From: Candidatus Woesearchaeota archaeon
Lineage (GTDB): Archaea > Nanobdellota > Nanobdellia > Woesearchaeales > SKGA01
Length of the DNA stretch: 18,325 nucleotides
Assembly (NCBI GenBank): GCA_016926395.1
Contig: JAFGOT010000030.1
Location: 1-18,325 of the forward strand
Reading direction: 5' to 3'
The first letter of the stretch is position 1; each line of letters opens with the position of its first letter. Positions 1 to 8,932 of the stretch are shown in pieces. Both the position numbers and the translations under genes were made by a program. The notes under the pieces are model-generated. The model worked only from the letters and a program-made list of their open reading frames with translations, was not told where the DNA came from and did no database searches.

Positions 1-107
1 CTTCTATGTTTTTAGATTTTGTTTGCTATGTAGTGTTTTTTTTGTTTTTGTTCGTCTTCTATGTTTTTAGATTTTGTTTGCTATATAGTGTTTTTTTATT
101 GTTTTTG
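1..107. repeat. Imperfect tandem duplication, 55-bp period
   Basis: 1-42 vs 56-97 match at 41/42 (CTTCTATGTTTTTAGATTTTGTTTGCTATRTAGTGTTTTTTT), followed in both copies by GTTTTTG. May continue left of the window. Confidence 0.85.
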
Positions 108-246
108 ATTTAATTCGATAATTTTTTATATGACCTATCTCAAAATCGCTTCAAAACATATTTTGACGTTATTTATGTTAAAAGACATACAAAGCGTTCT
201 TTGTTTGCCGTTTTCGTGTTGTTTCTTCCCAATTGAAAAGAAAAGC

Positions 247-254
247 TTTATAAA
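247..254 (+). promoter_or_regulatory. Archaeal TATA box (with purine-rich BRE) for tRNA-Asp/tRNA-Lys
   Basis: GAAAAGAAAAGC-TTTATAAA about 50 nt upstream of tRNA-Asp; the same TTTATAAA precedes several other units in the window. Confidence 0.55.
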
Positions 255-306
255 ACAAGTCCGTTTCCCTGACATAGTTGGTTTGCGTATAAATCTACGT
301 TGGTAT

Positions 307-381
307 GCCCTGATAGTGTAGTCCGGCCTATCATGCGGCCCTGTCGAGGCCGCGACCCGGGTTCGAATCCCGGTCAGGGCG
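307..381 (+). tRNA. trnD: tRNA-Asp(GTC), CCA not encoded
   Basis: Cloverleaf: acceptor GCCCTGA/TCAGGGC, anticodon stem CGGCC/GGCCG with loop CT-GTC-GA, T-arm CCGGG-TTCGAAT-CCCGG, discriminator G. Confidence 0.97.
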
Positions 382-429
382 CCTTTATCTATCATCATAT
401 ATTGTGATTGATGGCCCAAAAGATGGAAT

Positions 430-506
430 GAGCCGGTAGCTCAGCCTGGTAGAGCACCTGACTTTTAATCAGGTGGTCGCGAGTTCGAATCTCGTCCGGC
501 TCGCCA
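430..506 (+). tRNA. trnK: tRNA-Lys(TTT), followed by CCA
   Basis: Acceptor GAGCCGG/CCGGCTC, D-stem GCTC/GAGC, anticodon stem CCTGA/TCAGG with loop CT-TTT-AA, T-arm GCGAG-TTCGAAT-CTCGT, G503 then CCA 504-506. Confidence 0.97.
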
Positions 507-507
507 T

Positions 508-520
508 CTTTTTATTTTTT
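508..520 (+). terminator. Oligo-T tract after tRNA-Lys
   Basis: CTTTTTATTTTTT immediately 3' of the tRNA; archaeal intrinsic termination uses oligo-T. Confidence 0.5.
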
Positions 521-571
521 AACGTATAATCAACAAAATATTACGCTCTTGAGAGGGGGAATTTGCGCAAA

Positions 572-808
572 ATGACCGAAGAAGCTTTACAACACGTTCT
601 TGTTCCAAAACACGAAAAGATTTCTGATAAGGATAAAAAAAATCTATTTGAACAGTATCAGATTTCAGAGAAAGATTTACCAAAGATTCCTATTACTGAT
701 CCTGCGATCAGACATATGAGTCTTAAAGTTGGAGATGTTATAAAAATAACACGAGTAAGTCCAACTGCAGGACACGTTTATTTCTATCGAGGTGTGTCTA
801 ATGAATAA
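572..808 (+). CDS. rpoH: DNA-directed RNA polymerase subunit H (Rpo5); alternative TTG start at 563
   Basis: HVLVPKHE, LPKI..TDPAI, GDVIKITR.SPTAG motifs; G-rich SD (GAGAGGGGGA 551-560); first gene of the canonical operon. Confidence 0.97.
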   Translation: MTEEALQHVLVPKHEKISDKDKKNLFEQYQISEKDLPKIPITDPAIRHMSLKVGDVIKITRVSPTAGHVYFYRGVSNE

Positions 809-2297
809 AGATTTGAAAATTGATGATCCTCAATTACTTCTAAAAAAATTCTTTGAAGAAAATTCTTTAATTCAATCTGATTTAGAATCCTTTAACAATT
901 TTGTAGAAGAAGGCTTAAATCAAATTCTTGAAGAAAACAGAATTATCGAACCAACAATCATTCCACCAAACGTAGATGATTTCAAAATTCGATTAGATAA
1001 TATTTGGGTTACTAAACCAGAAATTACTGAAGCAGATGGTTCTATTAGACCGATTCTTCCTTCCGAAGCTAGACTTAGAAAAATGTCTTACTCTGCTCCG
1101 GTTTTTATGGAAGTTTCAGCTCACATAAATGGGATTCAAAAAGAAGATTTCAAACTTCAAATTGGAAACCTTCCTATTATGTTGAAAAGTAAATTTTGTC
1201 ATCTAAGTAATATGAATAAAGATGAGTTAATCAAAGCTGGTGAAGACCCTTATGACCCTGGAGGTTATTTCATAATTAACGGAACTGAAAAAGTTCTTGT
1301 AAAAATTGAAGATCTTGCAAGTAACAGACTTATGATTGAGCGTGAAGCAACTGGTCTTTCTCCTTTTGTTGGAAAAGTATTTTCCGAACGAGGAAGTTAC
1401 AAAATTCCGCACCAATTTGAAAGACTTAAAGATGGAATGTTCTATCTTACATTCACTCGAGTAAAAAGAATTCCTGTAGTTCTTTTAGTTAAAGCACTTG
1501 GTATGCTTCGAGATGATGAAATCATGCGATCTGTTGATATTGAAAACAGTAATGAAGTATTTGTTAACTTATTCGAATTTGTTGATATCAAAGAAAGAGA
1601 AGATGCACTTGACGCTGTTGCTAAAAAAATCGGAATTACTCAAAGTAGAGAAATTCGAATTCAACGTGTTGAAGAAATTCTTGATAAATATTTATTCCCT
1701 CATCTTGGTATTACTGAAGAAGATCGAATGTTTAAAGCAGTTAATGTTTGTCGATACTTAAAACAATACATCCAAACTATTCAAGGAAAACTTCCTACAA
1801 CTGATAAGGATCATTACGCAAACAAAAGACTAAAACTAAGTGGTGATCTTCTAGCAGATTTATTCCGAGTTAATATGAAAGTATTAATTGGTGATCTTTT
1901 ATACAATTTCCAGCGGATTGTAAAAAGAGGAAAAATTCCTAGTATTAAAGTTATTATCAGAGAAAAACTTCTAACTCAAAGAATTTATAGTAGCATGGCT
2001 ACTGGTAATTGGGTTGGAAATAGAACTGGTGTATCACAACGTATTTCAAGACAAAACTTCCTAGAATTAGTTTCATCTCTACAAAGAGTTGTAAGTCCAT
2101 TATCTTCAAGTCAAGAAAACTTTGAAGCACGTGCACTTCACTCAACTCATCTTGGTAGACTTTGTCCAAGTGAAACTCCTGAAGGAAGTAACATTGGTTT
2201 AAGAAAGAACATGGCTATTCTTGCTAGCGTATCTCAAGAAGTAAATGAGGAAGAGCTAGTTAAATCATTAAAAACAATTGGCCTGGAGACTATCTAA
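801..2297 (+). CDS. rpoB2: RNA polymerase subunit B'' (Rpo2 N-terminal half)
   Basis: GNLPIMLKS, DPGGYFIINGTEKV, GRLCPSETPEG motifs; ATG 801 follows SD GAGGTG (789-794) and overlaps the rpoH end. Confidence 0.97.
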   Translation: MNKDLKIDDPQLLLKKFFEENSLIQSDLESFNNFVEEGLNQILEENRIIEPTIIPPNVDDFKIRLDNIWVTKPEITEADGSIRPILPSEARLRKMSYSAPVFMEVSAHINGIQKEDFKLQIGNLPIMLKSKFCHLSNMNKDELIKAGEDPYDPGGYFIINGTEKVLVKIEDLASNRLMIEREATGLSPFVGKVFSERGSYKIPHQFERLKDGMFYLTFTRVKRIPVVLLVKALGMLRDDEIMRSVDIENSNEVFVNLFEFVDIKEREDALDAVAKKIGITQSREIRIQRVEEILDKYLFPHLGITEEDRMFKAVNVCRYLKQYIQTIQGKLPTTDKDHYANKRLKLSGDLLADLFRVNMKVLIGDLLYNFQRIVKRGKIPSIKVIIREKLLTQRIYSSMATGNWVGNRTGVSQRISRQNFLELVSSLQRVVSPLSSSQENFEARALHSTHLGRLCPSETPEGSNIGLRKNMAILASVSQEVNEEELVKSLKTIGLETI

Positions 2298-2298
2298 A

Positions 2299-4104
2299 AT
2301 GGCAACTGACGTATTCATAAATTACAAATTTAGCGGTAAAGTTAAAGACGGTCAAGCTTTTGTTGAAAGAATTATTTCTGAACGAAGAATGAATAGACTT
2401 CCTCGTGATGTAAATGTATTTCATGACCCTCGAACTGGTAACGTTTATGTTGAAACAAGCCGAGGTCGAGCTGTTCGTCCGCTAGTTGTTGTTAAAGAAG
2501 GAAAATCAACTTTAACAAAAAGACATGCAGAACAACTTATCAAAAACGAAATTTCCTGGTCTGATTTGGTCAAACAAGGAATCGTTGAATATCTTGACAG
2601 CAGTGAAGAAGAAAATGCATATGTTGCATTCTTTGAAAAAGATTTAACTCCAGAACATACTCATCTGGAAGTTAGTCCTGTTGATATTGTTGGTGTTGCA
2701 ACTGGTCTTGTTCCTTTTGGGAATCACAATCAGGGTGCACGTTTACTTCAAGGTTCTAAAAACCAGAAACAAGGTATTGGATTTTATGCAGCAAACTTCT
2801 CTGTTCGAATGGACATGGATACTAACTTGCTTCATTACCCACAAGTTCCTATTGTTTCAACAATCCTGCACGATTTAGCACAATATGATAAACATCCATC
2901 TGGTCAAAATGTTATGGTTGCAATTATGTCCTTCCAAGGTTTCAACATGGAAGATGCAATTATTTTAAACCAAGGTAGTGTTGATAGAGGTTTAGCACGA
3001 AGTCATTATTTCAAACCAATGATTGCTGAAGAACTTCGATACTCTGGTGGTTTATTAGATGAAATTGGAACTCCTGACAAAGATGTTAAAGGTTACAAAT
3101 CCGAACGTGATTACAGATTCTTAGAAGATGATGGAATTATTTTCCCAGAAGCAACTGTTCATGAAGGTGATGTTGTTATCGGTAAAACTTCTCCTCCAAG
3201 ATTCTTAAACTCTATGGATGAATACAACTTAGCAACAAGTTCTAGACGTGAATCTTCTATGAGTATGGCTCATGGTCAAGAAGGAACTGTTGATATGGTT
3301 TACTTAACTGAAAATGCTGAAGGTAATAAACTTATTCAAGTAAGACTTCGAGAACAAAGAATTCCAGAAATGGGAGATAAGTTCACTTCTCGTCATGCAC
3401 AAAAAGGTGTAGTAAGTTTAATCGTTCCTGAAGTAGATGTTCCTTTTACATCCACCGGTATTAAACCAGACATTATTTTCTCACCACATGGTATTCCTTC
3501 TCGGATGACTGTAGGTCACTTATTAGAATTACTAGGTGGAAAAGTTGGTGCTCTTGGTGGTCGATACATTGATGGAACTCTTTTCCAAGAAGAAAATGAA
3601 AAAGATATGAGACAAGAACTTTTATCTTATGGCTTCAAAGAAAATGGGACTGAAACAATGTACAATGGTACAACTGGTGAAGAATATAAAGTTCAAATTT
3701 ATGTTGGTCCAATGTACTACTTAAGACTAAAACATCAAGTTCGAAATAAAGTTCACTCTCGAGCTAGAGGTCCAATCCAGCTATTAACAAGACAGCCTAC
3801 TGAAGGTCGTCTAAAAGAAGGAGGACTTCGATTAGGAGAGATGGAGAAAGATACTTTCGTAGCTCACGGAGCAAGTCTTCTTCTAAAAGAAAGATTTGAT
3901 TCTGACCGAACTATTCTTCCAATTAGTGAAGAAGCAGGTATTACTGCTGTTCATGATACAAGACGAGATAAATACTTCTGTCCAGTTAATGGAGAGAATG
4001 CAGATATTTCTAACATCGAGATGTCATATGCTTTCAAACTTATCCTTGATGAGTTTAAGTCATTATGTATCTATCCAAAATTGGAGTTAAAATCAAAATA
4101 CTAA
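2299..4104 (+). CDS. rpoB1: RNA polymerase subunit B' (Rpo2 C-terminal half)
   Basis: GFNMEDA, GDKFTSRHAQKG, YYLRLKH, RQPTEGR..GGLRLGEME motifs; ATG 2299 after GGAG, 1 nt after the rpoB'' stop. Confidence 0.97.
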   Translation: MATDVFINYKFSGKVKDGQAFVERIISERRMNRLPRDVNVFHDPRTGNVYVETSRGRAVRPLVVVKEGKSTLTKRHAEQLIKNEISWSDLVKQGIVEYLDSSEEENAYVAFFEKDLTPEHTHLEVSPVDIVGVATGLVPFGNHNQGARLLQGSKNQKQGIGFYAANFSVRMDMDTNLLHYPQVPIVSTILHDLAQYDKHPSGQNVMVAIMSFQGFNMEDAIILNQGSVDRGLARSHYFKPMIAEELRYSGGLLDEIGTPDKDVKGYKSERDYRFLEDDGIIFPEATVHEGDVVIGKTSPPRFLNSMDEYNLATSSRRESSMSMAHGQEGTVDMVYLTENAEGNKLIQVRLREQRIPEMGDKFTSRHAQKGVVSLIVPEVDVPFTSTGIKPDIIFSPHGIPSRMTVGHLLELLGGKVGALGGRYIDGTLFQEENEKDMRQELLSYGFKENGTETMYNGTTGEEYKVQIYVGPMYYLRLKHQVRNKVHSRARGPIQLLTRQPTEGRLKEGGLRLGEMEKDTFVAHGASLLLKERFDSDRTILPISEEAGITAVHDTRRDKYFCPVNGENADISNIEMSYAFKLILDEFKSLCIYPKLELKSKY

Positions 4105-4113
4105 GGTGGAAAA

Positions 4114-6717
4114 ATGATTAACGATAAAGAATTTATATCAAAAAAAGTTGGTTCAATCACCTTTGGTATTATGGGTCCAAAGTTCATTAAAGATACTGCT
4201 AGTGCAAAAATTGTTACTCCAGAACTTTATGATAAAGAAGGTTATCCTGTTGACGGAGGTCTTATGGATGTTCGTCTTGGTGTGATTGATCCTGGACTTA
4301 AGTGTAAAACTTGTGGTTTGAAACTTAAAGAATGTCCTGGTCACTTCGGTTACATCGAACTTGCAAGACCTGTAGTTCATATCAAATTTGTTGAATTAGT
4401 TCTTGATTTACTTCGACTTACATGTCGTGGCTGTTCAAGAGTTTTGCTTCCTGATGGTAAAGTTCAAGAAATAAAAGATGATCTTGAAAGAATTAGTACT
4501 TTTGGAAGTGATGTTGAACGAAGAAATTATCTTAAAGAATTAACAGCAAGTCTAAAGACTGTAACTAAATGTCCTCACTGTGGTGAAAAACAAGCTAAAG
4601 TTAAACTTGAAAAACCAACCACTTTCCTTGAAGATGAAAAAAGAATCAGTCCTATTGAAGTTCGTTCAAGATTTGAAAAAATTACTGATGAAGATTTAGA
4701 ATTAATAGGTATTAGCTCTCAAACAGCAAGACCTGAATGGTCTATTCTAACTGTTCTTCCTATTCCGCCAGTAACTATGAGGCCAAGTATTACTCTAGAA
4801 TCTGGAGAAAGAAGTGAAGATGACTTAACTCATAAGTTAGGGGATATTGTTAGAATTAACCAAAGACTTTTCGAAAACATAAATGCTGGTGCTCCAGAAA
4901 TTATTGTTGAGGATTTGTGGGATTTACTTCAATACCACGTAACAACTTTCTTTGACAACGATGTTTCTCAATTACCTCCAGCTCGTCATCGAAGTGGTCA
5001 ACCTCTAAAGACTTTAACTTCAAGAATAAAATCTAAAGAAGGTCGAATTAGACATAACCTTGCAGGGAAACGTGTAAACTTCTCCGCTCGTGCTGTTATT
5101 AGTCCTGATCCAAAATTAGAAATTAACGAAGTTGGTGTTTCAAGAGAATTCGCAAGAAAACTTACAGTTCCTGAAAAAATCACTGAATGGAATAAAGATT
5201 ATTTACGTAAATTTGTTGAAGCTGGTCCTGACAATTATCCGGGATCAAACTACATTGTTCGACCAGATGGCCGACGAAAACAAATTACTGATGAAACTAA
5301 AGAACAGCTTCTTGAAGAACTTGAGCCAGGATTAATTGTTGAAAGACATTTACTTGACGGCGATGTTGTAATCTTCAACCGGCAACCATCTCTTCACAAA
5401 ATGAGTATGATGTGTCACCGTGTTCGTGTTCTTGATGGTTTAACTCTACGTCTAAACCCTGCAGTATGTGCTCCATACAACGCAGACTTTGATGGTGACG
5501 AGATGAACCTTCACGTTCCACAAACTGAAGAAGCTAGAGCTGAAGCTGAAATTTTAATGCAAGTTCAAACTCAGCTTATCTCTCCACGTTACGGTTTGTC
5601 TATTATTGGATGTAACCAAGACGCAATTTCAGGTAACTATCTTTTAACTAAAAAAGGCTTTGAAGTTTCTTACTCTGAAGCTGTTGATATGATTATGGCA
5701 ATTGGAGAAACTGATTTTTCTCGTTTGCCTAAAAAAGAAATGGTTACTGGTAAAGAAATCTTTAGTGTTTTGCTTCCAGAGGACTTATCCTTTAAAGCAC
5801 CAAACAAACTTTACAAAGCAAACCCAGAAGATCCTGAAGGAATGGTTGTAATTAAAGATGGTGTTTTAACTCAAGGTGTTCTTGACAAACAAAACTTAGG
5901 AGATGGTTCAGGTTTACTACTTAGACAAATCCACAAAATTTATGGTCCTGATAAGACTGTTGTTTTCCTTGGTAAAATCTACCGATTAGGTATTGAAACT
6001 CTTTACCGACGTGGATTCACTGTAAGTATTAGTGATACTGATTTATCACAAGAAGGAGAATCTCAAGTTAATGAGACCATTCTATCTGCAGAAAAAGAAG
6101 TTGCAAAATTAATTGAACAATACGAAGCTGGAAAACTTGAAGCTCTTCCTGGTCGAAGTACAAGAGAAACTTTCGAACTTGAAGTTTTAAGAATCCTAAA
6201 CAAAGCACGTAACGATGCAGGTACTATTGTAACTGATACTGCAAAACACTCTAACACTATTGACATGATTAAATCTGGTGCTAGAGGAAACGTAATCAAC
6301 ATTGCTCAGATGTCTGCAATTGTAGGTCAACAGGACCTTCGTGGTGGACGAGTTAACAAAGGTTACGTTAACCGAACATTATCTTGTTTCAAAGAAAATG
6401 ATTTAGGTGCAGCTGCTCACGGTTTCATCCGAAATGGTTTCAAATCTGGTCTTCTTCCTCATGAAGCATTTTTCATGGGTATGACTGGTCGAGATTCACT
6501 GATGGATACTGCGCTTCGAACACCAAAATCTGGTTACTTATACCGAAGATTAGCAAATGCTATGCAGGATTTAAAAGTTGAATATGACTTCACTGTTCGA
6601 GATGCATCTGGTAAAATTGTTCAGTTTGTATATGGTGAAGATGGAATTGATGTTTCCAAAAGTGAAGGTGGTATTCTAAATGTCAAGAAAATTATTGCTG
6701 AGGTATTGGAGGAATAA
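4114..6717 (+). CDS. rpoA1: RNA polymerase subunit A' (Rpo1N)
   Basis: Catalytic YNADFDGDEMN; zinc motifs CKTC..CPGH and CRGC..CPHC; DTALRTPKSGYLYRRL bridge helix; SD AAGGTGG. Confidence 0.98.
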   Translation: MINDKEFISKKVGSITFGIMGPKFIKDTASAKIVTPELYDKEGYPVDGGLMDVRLGVIDPGLKCKTCGLKLKECPGHFGYIELARPVVHIKFVELVLDLLRLTCRGCSRVLLPDGKVQEIKDDLERISTFGSDVERRNYLKELTASLKTVTKCPHCGEKQAKVKLEKPTTFLEDEKRISPIEVRSRFEKITDEDLELIGISSQTARPEWSILTVLPIPPVTMRPSITLESGERSEDDLTHKLGDIVRINQRLFENINAGAPEIIVEDLWDLLQYHVTTFFDNDVSQLPPARHRSGQPLKTLTSRIKSKEGRIRHNLAGKRVNFSARAVISPDPKLEINEVGVSREFARKLTVPEKITEWNKDYLRKFVEAGPDNYPGSNYIVRPDGRRKQITDETKEQLLEELEPGLIVERHLLDGDVVIFNRQPSLHKMSMMCHRVRVLDGLTLRLNPAVCAPYNADFDGDEMNLHVPQTEEARAEAEILMQVQTQLISPRYGLSIIGCNQDAISGNYLLTKKGFEVSYSEAVDMIMAIGETDFSRLPKKEMVTGKEIFSVLLPEDLSFKAPNKLYKANPEDPEGMVVIKDGVLTQGVLDKQNLGDGSGLLLRQIHKIYGPDKTVVFLGKIYRLGIETLYRRGFTVSISDTDLSQEGESQVNETILSAEKEVAKLIEQYEAGKLEALPGRSTRETFELEVLRILNKARNDAGTIVTDTAKHSNTIDMIKSGARGNVINIAQMSAIVGQQDLRGGRVNKGYVNRTLSCFKENDLGAAAHGFIRNGFKSGLLPHEAFFMGMTGRDSLMDTALRTPKSGYLYRRLANAMQDLKVEYDFTVRDASGKIVQFVYGEDGIDVSKSEGGILNVKKIIAEVLEE

Positions 6718-6719
6718 AA

Positions 6720-7889
6720 ATGGAACAACTAATTAAAGAATATGCGGACCTACTTCCTCAGAGTGTAATTCAAGATATTGTTGACAATGTCCCTTCTGGA
6801 ACAAGTTCTGCAAAGATAAAAAAGATTTTTGAGAAAATTAATGAAGAATACCGATTTGCTCTGGTAGACCCAGGACAAAGTGTTGGAGTTATTAGTGCAG
6901 AAAGTATTGGAGAACCATCCACGCAGATGACTCTTGACACCTTCCACTTTGCAGGTGTATCTGAAGTTAATGTTACAACAGGTCTTCCTCGGGTTATTGA
7001 AATCCTTGATGGTAGAAAAAATATTTCAACTTCTTCTATGGAGATTTTCTTAGTTTCTCCATATAGTGAAGGAAAAGATATTACAAAAATAGCTTCTCAA
7101 ATCAGAGAAACAACTCTTAAAACTTTTATCAAAGAAATTGATATTAATATTTCAAACACAACTCTTCAAGTTACTTTAAACTCTAAGTCTGTTGAAGATG
7201 CTGGTGTTAATAAAAAGAAACTTATCAAACTTCTTGAAAAAAGCATTAAAGGATATGGTGTTACTGAAGCAGATGATATTTTAACCATTAAACCTACTAA
7301 AGAAGGCGACATTAATGAGCTTTACAAACTTAAAGAAATCATTAAAGATGTTTACGTTCATGGTATTAAAGGAATGAAACAAGTTGTTCCTGTTAATCGT
7401 GATGGTGAACATGTTCTGGTTACTTCTGGAAGTAATATGAAAGAAGTCTTCAAACTTGAATTTGTTGATACTCAACGAACTACAACAAACGATGTCTTTG
7501 AAATTGAAAACTTCTTAGGTATTGAAGCTGCTAGAGCTGCTGTTATTAATGAAATCATGAAAGTTTTTGAAGGACAAGGTATCTCAATTGATGTGCGACA
7601 CATTTTACTTGTTGCAGATACTATGAGTATGTCAGGTCACGTTCTTGGTATTAACCGGTATGGTATTGTTAAAGAGAAACCTTCCGTTTTAGCACGTGCA
7701 AGTTTCGAAACTCCAATTAAGCACTTAATCAGTGCAGCAATTACTGGAGAAAGAGATTACTTAAACAGTGTTATTGAGAATGTTATGCTTAACCAACCAG
7801 TTCCAAGTGGTACTGGCCTTCCTGGTTTAGTTACTGGTGGTATCATGAATCCTGATCATCACCACGCTGCTAAAAAAGCTAAGAAGTAG
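6720..7889 (+). CDS. rpoA2: RNA polymerase subunit A'' (Rpo1C)
   Basis: SIGEPSTQMTLDTFHFAGV trigger loop, GLPRVIEI, SVLARASFET, NVMLNQPVPSGTG; SD GGAGG. Confidence 0.98.
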   Translation: MEQLIKEYADLLPQSVIQDIVDNVPSGTSSAKIKKIFEKINEEYRFALVDPGQSVGVISAESIGEPSTQMTLDTFHFAGVSEVNVTTGLPRVIEILDGRKNISTSSMEIFLVSPYSEGKDITKIASQIRETTLKTFIKEIDINISNTTLQVTLNSKSVEDAGVNKKKLIKLLEKSIKGYGVTEADDILTIKPTKEGDINELYKLKEIIKDVYVHGIKGMKQVVPVNRDGEHVLVTSGSNMKEVFKLEFVDTQRTTTNDVFEIENFLGIEAARAAVINEIMKVFEGQGISIDVRHILLVADTMSMSGHVLGINRYGIVKEKPSVLARASFETPIKHLISAAITGERDYLNSVIENVMLNQPVPSGTGLPGLVTGGIMNPDHHHAAKKAKK

Positions 7890-7904
7890 TTTTTTTTGTT
7901 TTTT
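7890..7904 (+). terminator. Oligo-T terminator of the RNAP operon
   Basis: T-run of 8, G, then T-run of 6 directly after the rpoA'' stop. Confidence 0.6.
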
Positions 7905-7985
7905 ATTGGTGCTAATCAATTAAAAATTGATTGCACAAAAACAATTATTGTTTTTTAGTGCCAATAATCTTTGATTATTGAGCAT
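7903..7985. repeat. Cluster of three consecutive perfect 8-3-8 dyads
   Basis: AATCAATT-AAA-AATTGATT (7914-7932), AAAAACAA-TTA-TTGTTTTT (7937-7955), CAATAATC-TTT-GATTATTG (7962-7980). Confidence 0.8.
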
Positions 7986-8057
7986 TTTTATATTTTTCTT
8001 AATTTTTTTACCAAGAATTTATATCTTAGTTCTCATTAATTATTTGTGATTTAGAAT

Positions 8058-8930
8058 ATGGTGCAAAAAATAGCTTTGGTATTATCCGGCGGTGGTGCTA
8101 GAGGGATTGCTCACATAGGTGTTATTGAAGAGCTTGAAAGACGTGGTTTTGAAATTAGTTCTGTTTCTGGAACTTCCATGGGTTCTATTGTTGCTGGTTT
8201 TTATGCTGCAGGTAAACTTGACGTGTATAAGAACTGGATTTGTTCTCTTGATAAACTAAAAGTTTTCAATCTTATTGACTTTACTTTTAGTAAATCGGGT
8301 TTAGTCAAGGGGGATAAGGTTTTTAATGAGCTTAAAAAAATAATTCCTGATATTCTTATAGAAGATTTGAAAATACCTTATTGTGCTGTAGCTACTGATA
8401 TTCTTAGTAATCAAGAGATTCGTTTTACAAAAGGAAGTCTTTATTCTGCTATTCGTGCTTCAAGTGCTATTCCTACTATTTTCACCCCTATCAAAGATGG
8501 TGATCGCTTGCTAGTTGATGGTGGTATCACAACTAATGTTCCTGTTAATTGTGTTAAAAGATCTAAAGGGGATATTTTAGTTGTTGTTGACGTTAGTGCT
8601 AATGTTCCTTCTTATAAGAAAGATAATCCTTCTTCAAAAAAAGAGTTATCTGTCTATGAACAGAAAATTCAAGTTTTTAAAAATCAATTATCAAAAATAA
8701 TGCCTATTGGTAGTTCGCATTCACTTGGATATTTTGACTTGATTAGTAAGACTTTTGATACGATGCTTTCTTCTCATTCCAAATTATTGATTGATATCTA
8801 TTCCCCTGATATTTTGATAAACATCTCTAAAGACACTTGTTCTATTTATGATTTCTACAAAGCTAATCAGTTAATAGAGATAGGCAGGAATATTGCTAAT
8901 CAACAATTAGATATTTATTTTAAGAAATAA
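8058..8930 (+). CDS. Patatin-like phospholipase (RssA/NTE family)
   Basis: LVLSGGGARG oxyanion loop, GTSMG nucleophile elbow, LVDGG catalytic Asp motif. Confidence 0.95.
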   Translation: MVQKIALVLSGGGARGIAHIGVIEELERRGFEISSVSGTSMGSIVAGFYAAGKLDVYKNWICSLDKLKVFNLIDFTFSKSGLVKGDKVFNELKKIIPDILIEDLKIPYCAVATDILSNQEIRFTKGSLYSAIRASSAIPTIFTPIKDGDRLLVDGGITTNVPVNCVKRSKGDILVVVDVSANVPSYKKDNPSSKKELSVYEQKIQVFKNQLSKIMPIGSSHSLGYFDLISKTFDTMLSSHSKLLIDIYSPDILINISKDTCSIYDFYKANQLIEIGRNIANQQLDIYFKK

Positions 8931-8932
8931 TT

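Noticed and set aside
130-419. ORFs 130..321 (+) and 135..419 (-)
   Set aside because: They overlap tRNA-Asp and its promoter, and have no protein motifs.
1227-7475. Short alternative-frame and antisense ORFs inside the RNAP genes
   Set aside because: Shadow ORFs within highly conserved genes, with no motifs or start signals.
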